32,000 nt of DNA from Candidatus Hadarchaeales archaeon (lineage in GTDB: Archaea > Hadarchaeota > Hadarchaeia > Hadarchaeales > Hadarchaeaceae): NCBI GenBank assembly GCA_038823825.1, contig JAWBCC010000002.1, positions 90,001 to 122,000 of the forward strand, in the 5' to 3' direction. Of this stretch, positions 18,001 through 26,723 are shown one piece after another. The notes below the pieces were generated by a model that saw only the letters and a program-made list of their open reading frames with translations, was not told the origin of the DNA and ran no database searches. Made by a program: the position numbers and the translations under genes. Position 1 is the first letter of the stretch. Every line of letters starts with the position of its first letter.

Positions 18001-19921
18001 GTTCTGTTGCTGCATATTTCCTTATGAAGAGCCAGTCAAACCAGTAAACCTTTTGTTGGTCCCAAACTTGAAGGTTCAGCTTGTCCACATAAGTGGTATC
18101 ACCACCTCCAGAGTAATACCAGTCTCCGGTTTTTTCAGGAGATACCCAGACCACTTCCCTGTAACTTCCGTTATCGCTTCCCCAGTAGAACGTAGTTCTT
18201 AATTTGTTTGTATCATACAGGTCAACTTTGGCTATATACCATCTTGAAGGAATTCCGGTGTATTCTGTTCCGTCAACCCAGAATCTAGGACCGTCGAATA
18301 TGCACGCTATCTCCTTCTCGAAGCCCGGCCCGGTTAGAACAAGACCCCCTCTGTAGCTTTCCTGATTCCACATCTTGAACTCAATAGTTGTAGGCATCTG
18401 TGCAAACCACATGCCTGGTTTGTTTTCTATCTTTCCTCCCCTTATCCTGATCTGGTATTCGCACCATGTTATGTCACGGGAAACGTTCGTATCTCCCTCG
18501 TTCCAGTTATAATTCCTCGGTCCGATATCTGTGAAGAATAGAAAAACGTTTTCTGCATTTTCAGCACTTGTCACCCATGGATTCCCATAGTACATCCAAA
18601 TCTCTGAGTCAGAGTTCTCAAGTCTTCTAACCCAAGCCACGTTTGTCTTTGTGCTTCCGTCGTTCTCAATCCAGTAAGGCAGAACTCCACCGTCTGCACT
18701 CTCAAGGAACCTTATGCTCGGATACATTCCCTTCGGGATGTCCGACGGGATGATGACCTTTATCTGGAAGTTCTCCTCATGGTTTCCGCTTATCGTGATT
18801 TTTCTTCTATACGGCCAGTTCTCATTCCACCAAGGCGCAACATCAAAAGATCTCACTGTCGAGTTTTCACCGTAGTTTCCATACGCATCTTGAGCTCCAA
18901 CCTTCCAGTACCATGTTCCGGTTGGGAGGGTTGGAGTCTGCCAGGAGGTTGAAGTTATCCAATCAGATGTGTACTCAACATTTGAGAAGGTTGGGTCACG
19001 CGTCAGATAAACTTTATATTTAACTGGACGGCTGTGATCGTCAACGGAGCTCCATGAAAGGGTCACAGGTGTCACATAGAACAATGCATTGTTCTCGGGG
19101 GAAACGAGCGAGGGTGCATCCGGAGGAGTAAGATCCATAACCCAATATCTCACCTTTCCAGCATCATCACCGCTCGAGATGAACTGAACTCTGATTTTTA
19201 TGTTCTCCGTCCTGTTCGCCGGGAACTCTACCTTTATGTTCTTCGGTGCTTCATCAAAGGCTCCTCTATAAGCGACTCCATAATGCGGCATCGGCTGAGG
19301 TGTTCCTTCAAATTCCCATCCCCAATGATAAACATACCAAGTGTTTCCCATCACTATCTTGAAGTTTTCAACCCTCGGTCCCGTAACTGTGTAAATCCCA
19401 CTCTCCCAGTTGTCATTCCATGGGTCTGAACCGAGGAGGGTCATATCTTCCCAGAGATCCCAGTTGTTGAATGTCCCCGGAACGTTGTAGGCGAGTCTCT
19501 TATAGACAGCACCGGCGGACCAAGGAGATCCTCCAAACCAGAATTGAAAAACGTAATCACCTGTGACTGGAACATCGCCACCTATGTTGCTTCCTGGAGT
19601 TTGGAGGGTTACACTTCGAGGATACCCATAGTTGGTGGATGCCTCTCCCCACCATTGATCCCACCAATCATCAACAAATATCTTAAATTCGATAGTGCCT
19701 GGTCCGCTTAACCCTCTCACTCTTTCCCAGACCTGACGTTCACTCCAACTATAAACGTATGACATCGGATCGGACAGATCCCAGCTGTTAAACGACCCAC
19801 GTACGTATGGCTGCGTTGGATTCGCTCCCACAGAAGAAATTAAAAGAGATACTGTAATCACTCCGGCAAGCGAAAGGAAAATAGCATATACTATCCAACG
19901 GGAAGTGTATCTTTCCTTCAC
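15095..19921 (-). CDS. Giant secreted/surface modular protein (1608 aa): two GxFNxWD modules, FN3-like repeats, two DUF2341-like domains, two tandem IDGDIWWDGVFFDS modules, C-terminal beta domain
   Basis: GTG start, signal peptide MKERYTSRWIVYAIFLSLAGVITVSLLISSVGA; PYRRKITISG...PYWIEN and AYRRKIEISG...PFWIEK repeats; overlaps the next gene by 4 nt. Confidence 0.8.
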   Translation of the reverse strand: MKERYTSRWIVYAIFLSLAGVITVSLLISSVGANPTQPYVRGSFNSWDLSDPMSYVYSWSERQVWERVRGLSGPGTIEFKIFVDDWWDQWWGEASTNYGYPRSVTLQTPGSNIGGDVPVTGDYVFQFWFGGSPWSAGAVYKRLAYNVPGTFNNWDLWEDMTLLGSDPWNDNWESGIYTVTGPRVENFKIVMGNTWYVYHWGWEFEGTPQPMPHYGVAYRGAFDEAPKNIKVEFPANRTENIKIRVQFISSGDDAGKVRYWVMDLTPPDAPSLVSPENNALFYVTPVTLSWSSVDDHSRPVKYKVYLTRDPTFSNVEYTSDWITSTSWQTPTLPTGTWYWKVGAQDAYGNYGENSTVRSFDVAPWWNENWPYRRKITISGNHEENFQIKVIIPSDIPKGMYPSIRFLESADGGVLPYWIENDGSTKTNVAWVRRLENSDSEIWMYYGNPWVTSAENAENVFLFFTDIGPRNYNWNEGDTNVSRDITWCEYQIRIRGGKIENKPGMWFAQMPTTIEFKMWNQESYRGGLVLTGPGFEKEIACIFDGPRFWVDGTEYTGIPSRWYIAKVDLYDTNKLRTTFYWGSDNGSYREVVWVSPEKTGDWYYSGGGDTTYVDKLNLQVWDQQKVYWFDWLFIRKYAATEPTTSVGPEETYLTNWFLPQYAYRRKIEISGPFPDNFQIRIPIPSDIPQSMYPSIRFLENETSGPLPFWIEKNEANYMSAVPTAWVKKFSSADNAIYMYYGCTGALSAESGEDTFIFFTDFGGGDGGWDNGDWTKWGFSTEGVNVYATTICLEDYGDARRDVDHGPEQGIPTTERNTQRIIEFRIKNASTWRGGVRITGTWGDSETAMIFWDGSKVRFFADGVWGADVPREADVYYIGQIIMYGTDKLNVNFYRGRDDSMYRELIENVRDWTKGNWSTGADKYKLSVWDGGGTSSYYYDWFFVRKYNHLGALDPTVNFVTFESRMPTKPILQSPANGSVTSDNTPTFTWQDCENEDNYRLLVDDDQNFGSPAIDVILPANTTSYTPTTELPDGVYYWKVIAINAAGENESDIWSFEIDTIPPTIDGDIWWAGVFFDSYDSYYFSPVGEPITTYPENVTGNMLPLGSSVTIRIRTFRNDVENVKIRIWTGEEVIVNMEKESSDENYDYWKATISGPDSESKWWFRFVLQDMDDIGYYQDDWPRVGGWGAMSDEPTGNDYLIWFRTKPTASIDGDIWWDGVFFDSRNSFYKYPVGTPRDNFGESNAGTDQIRLRIRTWENDIENAQVRVWKSKASQEVIFNMTKAITENGFDWWEVTLPAPMEEDNWWYRFILKDGSKIDYYEDHEERDAGIGRMYEDSLDRSWLIAYQPIPNVAPEILAVFTPTDVSPDVAFDVKVTVRDLNKLNNVNEVWLVLYSSSVSKDASDSVRDHYTFKWVRGTGFTEVGPGPGNAHLIVAGCSAGNDDLTEDNWTFRVKLGKVAEPVSWNVWAKAVDAGNLEGENTFTDKFTVSVYIELSLDDTSLTFSGQQGQTVGASENPTVATVTSNKDFYIDVKGAGDWSGPGTLQLSNTKADKNGEEPYDLSISTSWQSLWSNVGWGEGVQRNIYWFLVIPSDTTPGNYSNTFYVRVSV
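16259..16737 (-). repeat. Tandem internal domain duplication inside the giant surface gene (unit about 438 bp)
   Basis: GTCGAAGAAAACGCCGTCCCACCAGATATCTCCATCGATTG (16259-16299) versus GTCGAAGAAGACGCCAGCCCACCAGATGTCGCCGTCGATTG (16697-16737), offset 438 bp = 146 codons. Confidence 0.8.
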
Positions 19922-19950
19922 GGAGCTCCAAAAACCTTTAGTAACGACCC

Positions 19951-19960
19951 CTATATAAAA
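19951..19960 (-). promoter_or_regulatory. TATA box for the surface-protein operon
   Basis: Minus strand TTTTATATAG about 30 nt upstream of the GTG start at 19921; GGAG between it and the start. Confidence 0.55.
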
Positions 19961-20018
19961 TCTTCGGTAAAACCGGATATTGAGGTCGATTTATAAATCC
20001 CAAGATGTTGGTTTCTTT

Positions 20019-21587
20019 TCACAGTTCCTTAGACATGTACACGTTATCTTTTCTGAATCCCAATCTACGGTAGTACTCCCTCGTGCCAATCCCGGCCAGT
20101 ACAGCAATTTTCCGAGCACCATACTCCTCTTCCGAAATTCTTTCAGCCTCCTTCAGTAGGGTCTTCCCAAGACCTCTGTGCTGCCACTCCCCCTCTTCAG
20201 CGCTCAACCCAACAGGGACAAGCTCTCCGTACACATGGAGCTCTCTGACAATAGTTGCGTTTTTCAGTTCGGGCCTATGTGCATGCTCCGATGGAACACG
20301 GAGCCTCAGAATTGCCAGAAGAACATCCTTTTCTCTGTCCTCTATCGAGAGAAAAACCTCCTCCCCGCCCGAAGCCTCATACCTCTCGATGAAGAGCTCA
20401 AGATTCTCAGGCTCCACTCCCGCATGCCCAACCTCCCTGCACCTTATACACTTGCATTTCTTTCCCTCAACCTCAAGTCTTCGTTTAACGATCTGTCTGA
20501 GATTCCCGGCTCTAACCCCGGCTTCGATGAGATCTGCCGGAATATCCCTCTGGATTCTCTGGATGCGAACCCATGCCGGTATTTCCTGCTTGATTTTCGC
20601 GAGAAGTTCAACTGCCTCCTCCGTCGTCATAGGTTTGAATTCTCCACGCTTCCAGAGTTCGTAGAGTTTAGTCCCTCTGAGAACTAGACAGGGATAAATC
20701 TTGAGAGCGTCGGGCCTGAAATCCGGATTTCTAAAGATTTCTCTGAACATCTCCAGATCCCGATCCGGGTTGGAACCAGGGAGTCCAGGCATCATGTGGT
20801 AGACAACCGCCATTCCCGCATCTTTCGCTATCCTCGTGGCCTCGATCACGTCCTCAACGGCATGCCCGCGGTTGATGATCTCATAAACGTCTTCGTAAAT
20901 TGTCTGAACACCAAGCTCCACCCTTGTTGCTCCGAGATCAAGCATGAGATCCACATGGGGCTCTTTACACCAGTCCGGTCTCGTCTCAAACGCGATGTCG
21001 CTAATCCTGATTTTTGAGATCTCGGCAGAAAGCTTTGCCTTCTCAAGCGTTTCGCAGTTTTCCCCCGTGATCGCCCTCAGACATTCTTTGACGAACCATT
21101 CTAGATAATCTCGCGGGTATGCGGTCAGAGTACCGCCGAAGACTATCAGCTCAACCTTGTCGACTTCATGCCCGATTGCTCTAAGTTGCTCAATTCGATT
21201 TTTGACTTGAGAATAGGGATCAAAGCCGTGCTGTACAGCTCTCATTGAGGCCGGTTCCCTTCCCGTGTAGCTTTGGTTGACCCCAGCCTCTGGACCTCCA
21301 GGACAATATATGCACGGTTCGGGTTTGGGGCATGGGAGCGGCTTGGGCATGACGGTGATGACGGTTACTCCAGATGCAGATCTTACGGGTTTGAGCTTAA
21401 GAAGGCGGACAAGTCTTTCTCTTTCCTCCGGAGTGGCAACAGCTAGGATTTCCGAATTCTTTGGTATACGAGAGACCCCAAGCTCACCACAAATCTTCAA
21501 CTTGAGCTTGGCTACATCCTTTCGACTCATCCTGCCGAGCTTTGGGATTTCCTCCAAGATTCGTCTGCAGAGGTCGGCACTCATCAT
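20019..21587 (-). CDS. elp3: tRNA uridine(34) acetyltransferase/carboxymethylation enzyme Elp3 (radical SAM + GNAT)
   Basis: VITVMPKPLPCPKPEPCIYCPGGPEAGVNQSYTGREPASMRA, FGGTLTAYPRDY, ELGVQTIYEDV, GLPGSNPDRDLEMF, C-terminal GNAT HRGLGKTLLKEAERIS...YYRRLGFRKDNVYMSKEL. Confidence 0.96.
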   Translation of the reverse strand: MMSADLCRRILEEIPKLGRMSRKDVAKLKLKICGELGVSRIPKNSEILAVATPEERERLVRLLKLKPVRSASGVTVITVMPKPLPCPKPEPCIYCPGGPEAGVNQSYTGREPASMRAVQHGFDPYSQVKNRIEQLRAIGHEVDKVELIVFGGTLTAYPRDYLEWFVKECLRAITGENCETLEKAKLSAEISKIRISDIAFETRPDWCKEPHVDLMLDLGATRVELGVQTIYEDVYEIINRGHAVEDVIEATRIAKDAGMAVVYHMMPGLPGSNPDRDLEMFREIFRNPDFRPDALKIYPCLVLRGTKLYELWKRGEFKPMTTEEAVELLAKIKQEIPAWVRIQRIQRDIPADLIEAGVRAGNLRQIVKRRLEVEGKKCKCIRCREVGHAGVEPENLELFIERYEASGGEEVFLSIEDREKDVLLAILRLRVPSEHAHRPELKNATIVRELHVYGELVPVGLSAEEGEWQHRGLGKTLLKEAERISEEEYGARKIAVLAGIGTREYYRRLGFRKDNVYMSKEL

Positions 21588-21699
21588 TCAAGAATTCTGC
21601 TTCAGGATGATATTAAACCCGAGTCCAAAACTCAGCGTGTCCTAGGGCAAACGGTCGAGAAAAAACCCTTATCCTTTCACTCCTTAAATTTTCATTAGA

Positions 21700-23862
21700 A
21701 TGGAAATCCAAGACGTCTGTAAAAAGTACAACCTTCCCGAGAAAATAGTGGAAATCCTCGGAGCAGCTGGGATAAGAAAACTCTTCCCACCACAGAAGGA
21801 GGCGATAGAAGCGGGAGTCCTTGATGGAAAAAGTCTGGTTCTCTCGGTTCCGACTGCAGCCGGGAAGACCCTCGTCGCCGAACTCTGCATGCTCAAGTCA
21901 ATCCTGAAGGAAAAGGGAAAGTGCCTCTACGTCGTTCCCCTCCGCGCACTCGCAAGCGAAAAATATGAAGAGTTTAAGCAGAGGTATGAGCAGCTCGGAA
22001 TACGCGTCGGGATAAGCACTGGAGATTTTGACACGGCTGACCCAAAGCTCGCGATGTATGACATCCTCGTCGCCACTTCAGAGAAGGTTGATTCTCTACT
22101 TAGGCACAGGGCGAAGTGGCTTGCCGACATCGTTACCGTCGTAGTTCTTGACGAGATACATCTCCTAAACGACCCGGAACGCGGCCCGACCTTGGAGATC
22201 TTGGCCACGAGACTCAGGCAGGTTAATCCTAGGCTCCAGATCCTAGCCCTCAGCGCCACGATAAGAAACTCGGACGAAATTGCCGAGTGGATTGGAGCGG
22301 AGCTCGTCTTGAGCGACTGGAGACCGGTCCCGCTTAAAAAAGGAGTTTATCTCGACGGCGAAATAATCTTCGAGGACGGAGAAAGAAGAAAGATAAAGGT
22401 TCAAGGTAGCGATTTGGAGACCCTCTCACATGATGTTCTTCAAGAAAAGGGACAGTTGCTCATCTTCGTGAACACTAGAAAATCTTCACAGACGGTCGCC
22501 GAGATTTTATCCCCAATTTCCCGTCTTTATCTCTCCCAGGAAGAAAAGCAGAAATTACGCGAGATAGCCAAGGAGATCGAAGGGGCTCTCGGGGAAACGA
22601 CGAAAACCTGCCGTCTTCTCGCTTCTTGCGTCAGGGATGGGTCCGCCTTTCATCATGCCGGTCTCCACCACCTCCAGCGCAGGGCTGTGGAGAGAGGTTT
22701 CAAATCAAATTTGATAAAAATCATTTGCGCGACACCAACTTTGGCGGCAGGAGTCAACCTCCCAGCCAGAAGGGTCATCGTCCGAGACTATCGAAGATAT
22801 GTGGAACCTTATGGTTTAGTCCCGATTCCTGTGATGGAATTCCACCAGTTCTGCGGGAGAGCCGGAAGACCACAGTACGACAAATTCGGTGAAGCCATCC
22901 TTATAACTCACTCCGAAGCTGAAGCCGAAGTCCTCTTGGAAGATTTCATAAAAGCTCCGCCGGAAAGGGTAACCTCAAAACTGGCTACAGAACCAGCCCT
23001 CCGCACTCATGTTCTAGCTTCCATCGCGGCAGGCTACGCAACGAACTGGGATTCGATGAGGGATTTTATGCGCAAAACTTTCTTCGCCTTTCAGTTTGGG
23101 GTGGAGAGAGTAGAATCCGTTGTTGAAAGAGTGTTAGACTTTCTCGAGAAAAACGAGCTGATAACGGTGAGAGGAGACGTACTCACTCCAACTCCCTTCG
23201 GAGAACTTACATCCGCTCTTTACATAGACCCGCTCTCAGCAGTCATAATCCGCGATGGTCTCAAACTTGTCTCGACAACCCCACCTTCCGATGTTGCTTT
23301 GCTTCATCTTATTTCGAGCACCCCCGACATGCCCCCTCTCTATCTCGGTGAGAAGGACTATGAGTGGCTCGAGCTGGAATACTCCTCCCACAGATCGGAA
23401 TTTCTGGTTCCGGTTGAGGAGGAAGATCCCATCCTCTTCGAGCAGTTCCTCGCCAGTCTAAAAACGGCTCTGATGCTCAAGGCTTGGGTTGAAGAAGAAA
23501 GGGAAGATGACATTCATGAAAAGTTTGGTGTTGGAGCAGGAGACATAAGGAGAATGGCGGAGACGGCCGAGTGGCTCCTTTACTCCTCCCATCAGATCGC
23601 CAAACTCTTTAAAGTGAAGCCAGCTCTAAACCCCCTTCGCAAACTCACCGAGAGAATAAGGTATGGTGTGAAAGAAGAACTCCTTGAACTCGTCCAGCTT
23701 GAGGGAATAGGAAGGGTCAGAGCGAGAAGCCTTTTCAGTGGAGGTTTCAAAACTTTGAAAGACATAGCGAAGGCTTCGGAAGCGGAATTGGCTAGTCTCC
23801 CCTACATAGGCAAGGAAATCGCAAGAAGCATAAAACGTCAGGTCGAGACACTCACTTCTTGA
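21700..23862 (+). CDS. hel308: ATP-dependent DNA helicase Hel308
   Basis: PTAAGKTLVAEL, VVLDEIHLL, LSATIRNSDEIAEWIGA, FVNTRKSSQT, FHHAGL, MEFHQFCGRAGRPQYDKFGEA, C-terminal HhH LIQLEGIGRVRARSLF-type sequence. Confidence 0.95.
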   Translation: MEIQDVCKKYNLPEKIVEILGAAGIRKLFPPQKEAIEAGVLDGKSLVLSVPTAAGKTLVAELCMLKSILKEKGKCLYVVPLRALASEKYEEFKQRYEQLGIRVGISTGDFDTADPKLAMYDILVATSEKVDSLLRHRAKWLADIVTVVVLDEIHLLNDPERGPTLEILATRLRQVNPRLQILALSATIRNSDEIAEWIGAELVLSDWRPVPLKKGVYLDGEIIFEDGERRKIKVQGSDLETLSHDVLQEKGQLLIFVNTRKSSQTVAEILSPISRLYLSQEEKQKLREIAKEIEGALGETTKTCRLLASCVRDGSAFHHAGLHHLQRRAVERGFKSNLIKIICATPTLAAGVNLPARRVIVRDYRRYVEPYGLVPIPVMEFHQFCGRAGRPQYDKFGEAILITHSEAEAEVLLEDFIKAPPERVTSKLATEPALRTHVLASIAAGYATNWDSMRDFMRKTFFAFQFGVERVESVVERVLDFLEKNELITVRGDVLTPTPFGELTSALYIDPLSAVIIRDGLKLVSTTPPSDVALLHLISSTPDMPPLYLGEKDYEWLELEYSSHRSEFLVPVEEEDPILFEQFLASLKTALMLKAWVEEEREDDIHEKFGVGAGDIRRMAETAEWLLYSSHQIAKLFKVKPALNPLRKLTERIRYGVKEELLELVQLEGIGRVRARSLFSGGFKTLKDIAKASEAELASLPYIGKEIARSIKRQVETLTS

Positions 23863-24352
23863 TCTTCATTCGATTTATCAGGTTCTTCAGGAATTTTCTC
23901 CACTCCTCTTCGACATCCGGTGGTATGGGTCCTTTTCCGATCCCACCCTCATCGAGGTAGTAAATTTTTCCGTCTTTTTCCCCGAAATTGGACAGCTTCA
24001 TGTCTAGGACGAACCCAGCTCTCGCCGCTCTCTCAACGAGTTGTGCGATTCTTGTGATGGACACCCGCGTAATTTTGACTGGCTCCACATACTCGTGAAA
24101 CGAGACAACAACCATTTTCAAGCTGTTTCCAGACCTCAAACCCGTAACAACCGCTCCGTAAAACTCCGGCAGAAAATCGAGCTTTTTCCTTAGCTCCAGA
24201 TTTTTTTCAACGATTTTCCTGGCCAGCTCTTTTGCATCACCTTCACAGCTGTGAATTTTTAGAACGTAGTCTCCAACTCTGAGGACTGACCGGTAAAGTC
24301 CACGTCCCACTTCTTTTTCATCTCCGCGCAGGCATATCAGCTGGGAAGCCAT
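23852..24352 (-). CDS. Small protein-kinase-fold protein (about 166 aa), unassigned family
   Basis: Kinase-like landmarks: EVGRGLYRSVLRVGDYVLKIH (G-loop and Lys), ELARKIVEKNLE (alphaC-like), VVSFHEYVEP (hinge-like), FVLDMKLSNFG (catalytic D..xxN-like), IYYLDEGGIG (DFG-like). Start Met 24352 gives 35-nt overlap with rad50; ORF extends to 24430. Confidence 0.6.
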   Translation of the reverse strand: MASQLICLRGDEKEVGRGLYRSVLRVGDYVLKIHSCEGDAKELARKIVEKNLELRKKLDFLPEFYGAVVTGLRSGNSLKMVVVSFHEYVEPVKITRVSITRIAQLVERAARAGFVLDMKLSNFGEKDGKIYYLDEGGIGKGPIPPDVEEEWRKFLKNLINRMKIKK

Positions 24353-26723
24353 AATGCTCAACCGAAACCTGTTCACAGACGGTCGGTCCGTCTCTTTCTT
24401 TATCTCTTGAAAACCTGTAGAGAGTCCCACTCACCGCCGCTTCGAACATGGGATCATGCGTTATCAGTATTATCTGCCTGACGATTCCGGGCAATCTCTC
24501 CCTCATAACTCTAGCGAGCTCCTGCACGGATCTTTCGTCAAGGTTGTGTGTAGGTTCATCGAAGACAATCCACTTGAGATTCGGGGCAAAGAGAATGGCT
24601 AAGGCAACTCTAAGCGCCAGACATGCGACAGTTCTCTCACCGCCACTTGCAACCCCATCGACGTTTATCCACTCCCCTCCCCTTCTTCTCAACTGCAAAA
24701 CGTAGTCGTTCTCCTCTGAAAGCAACCTGATCCCAGTGTAATCTCCATATGGGTAGAGATCCGCCCACAGGCTGTTCATTATCTCGTTCACCTCGTTCAA
24801 AAATTCCTGCCTCATCTCCGTTTGTACCCTCATCACAACCTGCTGTAGAGCTTTCAAGGCACCGGATAGAGCCAGCCTCACCTCAGCCTCCTTCTCCCAC
24901 TCTTTGATTGTTTTCCTTTTCTCTTCGATTTCTTGGATTTCCCTCTGCAGTCGATCGATCTCTTTCTCTGCATTTTTCACATCCTGCTGAACTCCACCCA
25001 AGCATTGATGGAGATCTCTGCTTTTTTCCTCAAGCTCGGAAAGCTTTTTCTCATCAAACTCTAGCTTTAACTTCGTCAGCTGCTCTTCAAGTGCTTTAGA
25101 TCGATTTACGTATTCTTCGATCAGCTTCTCTAGCTCTTTCATATCTCTTCTAGTTTTCAACACTTCTAGGATTCTGTTGATTTCTTTCTCGATGTTTTTC
25201 TTTTCGTTTTCAAGCATCTGAATTTCTTCTTCGATTGACGACAGTTCCCTTTCTATATTCGGAATTTCCACCTGAATTTCAGAGAGCTTTTCCCTCATCT
25301 CAGCAAGCTCTTTTTCTTTCAATTCCAGATCTGCGGTTTCACGTCTGAGAATCTCCTCCTCGTTTGCCTCCCGTCGTAGCTCACGAAGTTTCCCAGAAAT
25401 TTCAGTCTCCTCATTCTCTAGCAGAGCGATCTTTCTTTTCACCTCTTCCATGTCTGCTCTCTTTTTGTCGATGAGGGAAACTTTCCTTTCTTCTGGTAGC
25501 GGATTATCGCAAACCGGACATGTACTTTCGGCTCGCCCAAGCTCGGCAATGGCATTAGAAAGCTCCACTTCTAGGTTTTTGAGTCGGCCGATTTCACCCC
25601 CAACACGTTTGAGTTCATTCTCCAGTCTTTCTATCTCTTCCTTCAGTTTTTTTGCAGCGAGTTCCTCAAGCTTTTTTCTCTTCTCACGTTTGACGACCAG
25701 TTCTTTCTCAAGTCTCTGAATACCGGCCGTCAGACTTCTACCGTCAGCCAGCAACTCGCTTTTTTTCTGGATGAGTTTTTCTTTTGTTTTGTTCTTTTCC
25801 TCGATGAATCCGCTAGTAGTTTTGAACTTACTTTCGAGTTCATCCTTTTTTGAAATCAAAAAATCTTCTGAAACATGAGCCATCTCTCCAAGTGTTTTTC
25901 TAGAATTTTCAAGCTGGTTTTTTGCCTGTTCTATTTTTCCCTCGATCTGCCAACGCTCCGTTTTTATTTCCGAGATTTTCTTCTCAATTTCCTTCAAGCG
26001 TTGTTGTTCTTTATCAATCTCGTCCAGCTCTTGCGAAATCTTTGCAAGCTCGCGCTTTTTCAGTTCATACTGCTGCTTTATTTCTTCCAAGTTTCTTTTG
26101 AATTCCTCAAGCTTTTGAAGCCGCTCATCTTTTTTGAGTGTCTCAGCTTTCTTCTTTGATTCTTCTCCTAAAATTTCAAGCTCTCTTGCCAGAGATCCAA
26201 AACCCTTTCTAACCTCCTCAAATTTCGAAAGTCCCAGAAGTTCATCTATTTTTCTTTTCCTGTCTCCAGCCCGCAGCTCCAGAATATAATCGAGCCTATT
26301 TTGTTCTGAGTAAACAGCTCTTTCATAAACATCCCTAGTTATCTTCAGAATCTCGCAAACTTTTTCTGTGACCCTTTCAGTACTCCCGCTTATCACCGTG
26401 CTCCCATCGGCTTTCCTGAGCTCGGCCCATGTCGTCCCTTTCCCTCGCATGATCGTCCTTTTGACCGAGTACTCAACACCATCTGGAGAGATGAATCCGA
26501 CCTCGACCTCTCCTCTTTGCTCATTCTTCCTTATCAGATCCTCCAGTTTCACTTTCTTACTTTCAACATCCGAAATCATCCCAAAGAGCGCAAACTCCAC
26601 AGCCGTAAGAACTGATGTTTTCCCGCTGCCGTTTGGTCCAACCAGAACGTTTGTCCCCTCCTGAAATCTGAGGTGGGTGTCTGCATGCGATCGCCAGTTC
26701 TTTATTTTGACCTCGAAGATCAT
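24318..26723 (-). CDS. rad50: DNA double-strand break repair ATPase Rad50
   Basis: Walker A LVGPNGSGKTSVLTAVEFALFGM, long coiled coil with CPVC zinc hook, C-terminal ASGGERTVACLALRVAL and WIVFDEPTHNLDE. Confidence 0.95.
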   Translation of the reverse strand: MIFEVKIKNWRSHADTHLRFQEGTNVLVGPNGSGKTSVLTAVEFALFGMISDVESKKVKLEDLIRKNEQRGEVEVGFISPDGVEYSVKRTIMRGKGTTWAELRKADGSTVISGSTERVTEKVCEILKITRDVYERAVYSEQNRLDYILELRAGDRKRKIDELLGLSKFEEVRKGFGSLARELEILGEESKKKAETLKKDERLQKLEEFKRNLEEIKQQYELKKRELAKISQELDEIDKEQQRLKEIEKKISEIKTERWQIEGKIEQAKNQLENSRKTLGEMAHVSEDFLISKKDELESKFKTTSGFIEEKNKTKEKLIQKKSELLADGRSLTAGIQRLEKELVVKREKRKKLEELAAKKLKEEIERLENELKRVGGEIGRLKNLEVELSNAIAELGRAESTCPVCDNPLPEERKVSLIDKKRADMEEVKRKIALLENEETEISGKLRELRREANEEEILRRETADLELKEKELAEMREKLSEIQVEIPNIERELSSIEEEIQMLENEKKNIEKEINRILEVLKTRRDMKELEKLIEEYVNRSKALEEQLTKLKLEFDEKKLSELEEKSRDLHQCLGGVQQDVKNAEKEIDRLQREIQEIEEKRKTIKEWEKEAEVRLALSGALKALQQVVMRVQTEMRQEFLNEVNEIMNSLWADLYPYGDYTGIRLLSEENDYVLQLRRRGGEWINVDGVASGGERTVACLALRVALAILFAPNLKWIVFDEPTHNLDERSVQELARVMRERLPGIVRQIILITHDPMFEAAVSGTLYRFSRDKERDGPTVCEQVSVEHYGFPADMPARR

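Noticed and set aside
15404-18027. Plus-strand ORFs within the giant surface gene (e.g. 15465-15698, 16394-16675, 17752-18027)
   Set aside because: Antisense to a continuous 1608-codon reading frame with signal peptide and recognisable repeats.
15095-19921. Possibility that the giant protein is an amylopullulanase
   Set aside because: Only binding-like modules seen; I could not find GH13 catalytic motifs in the translation.
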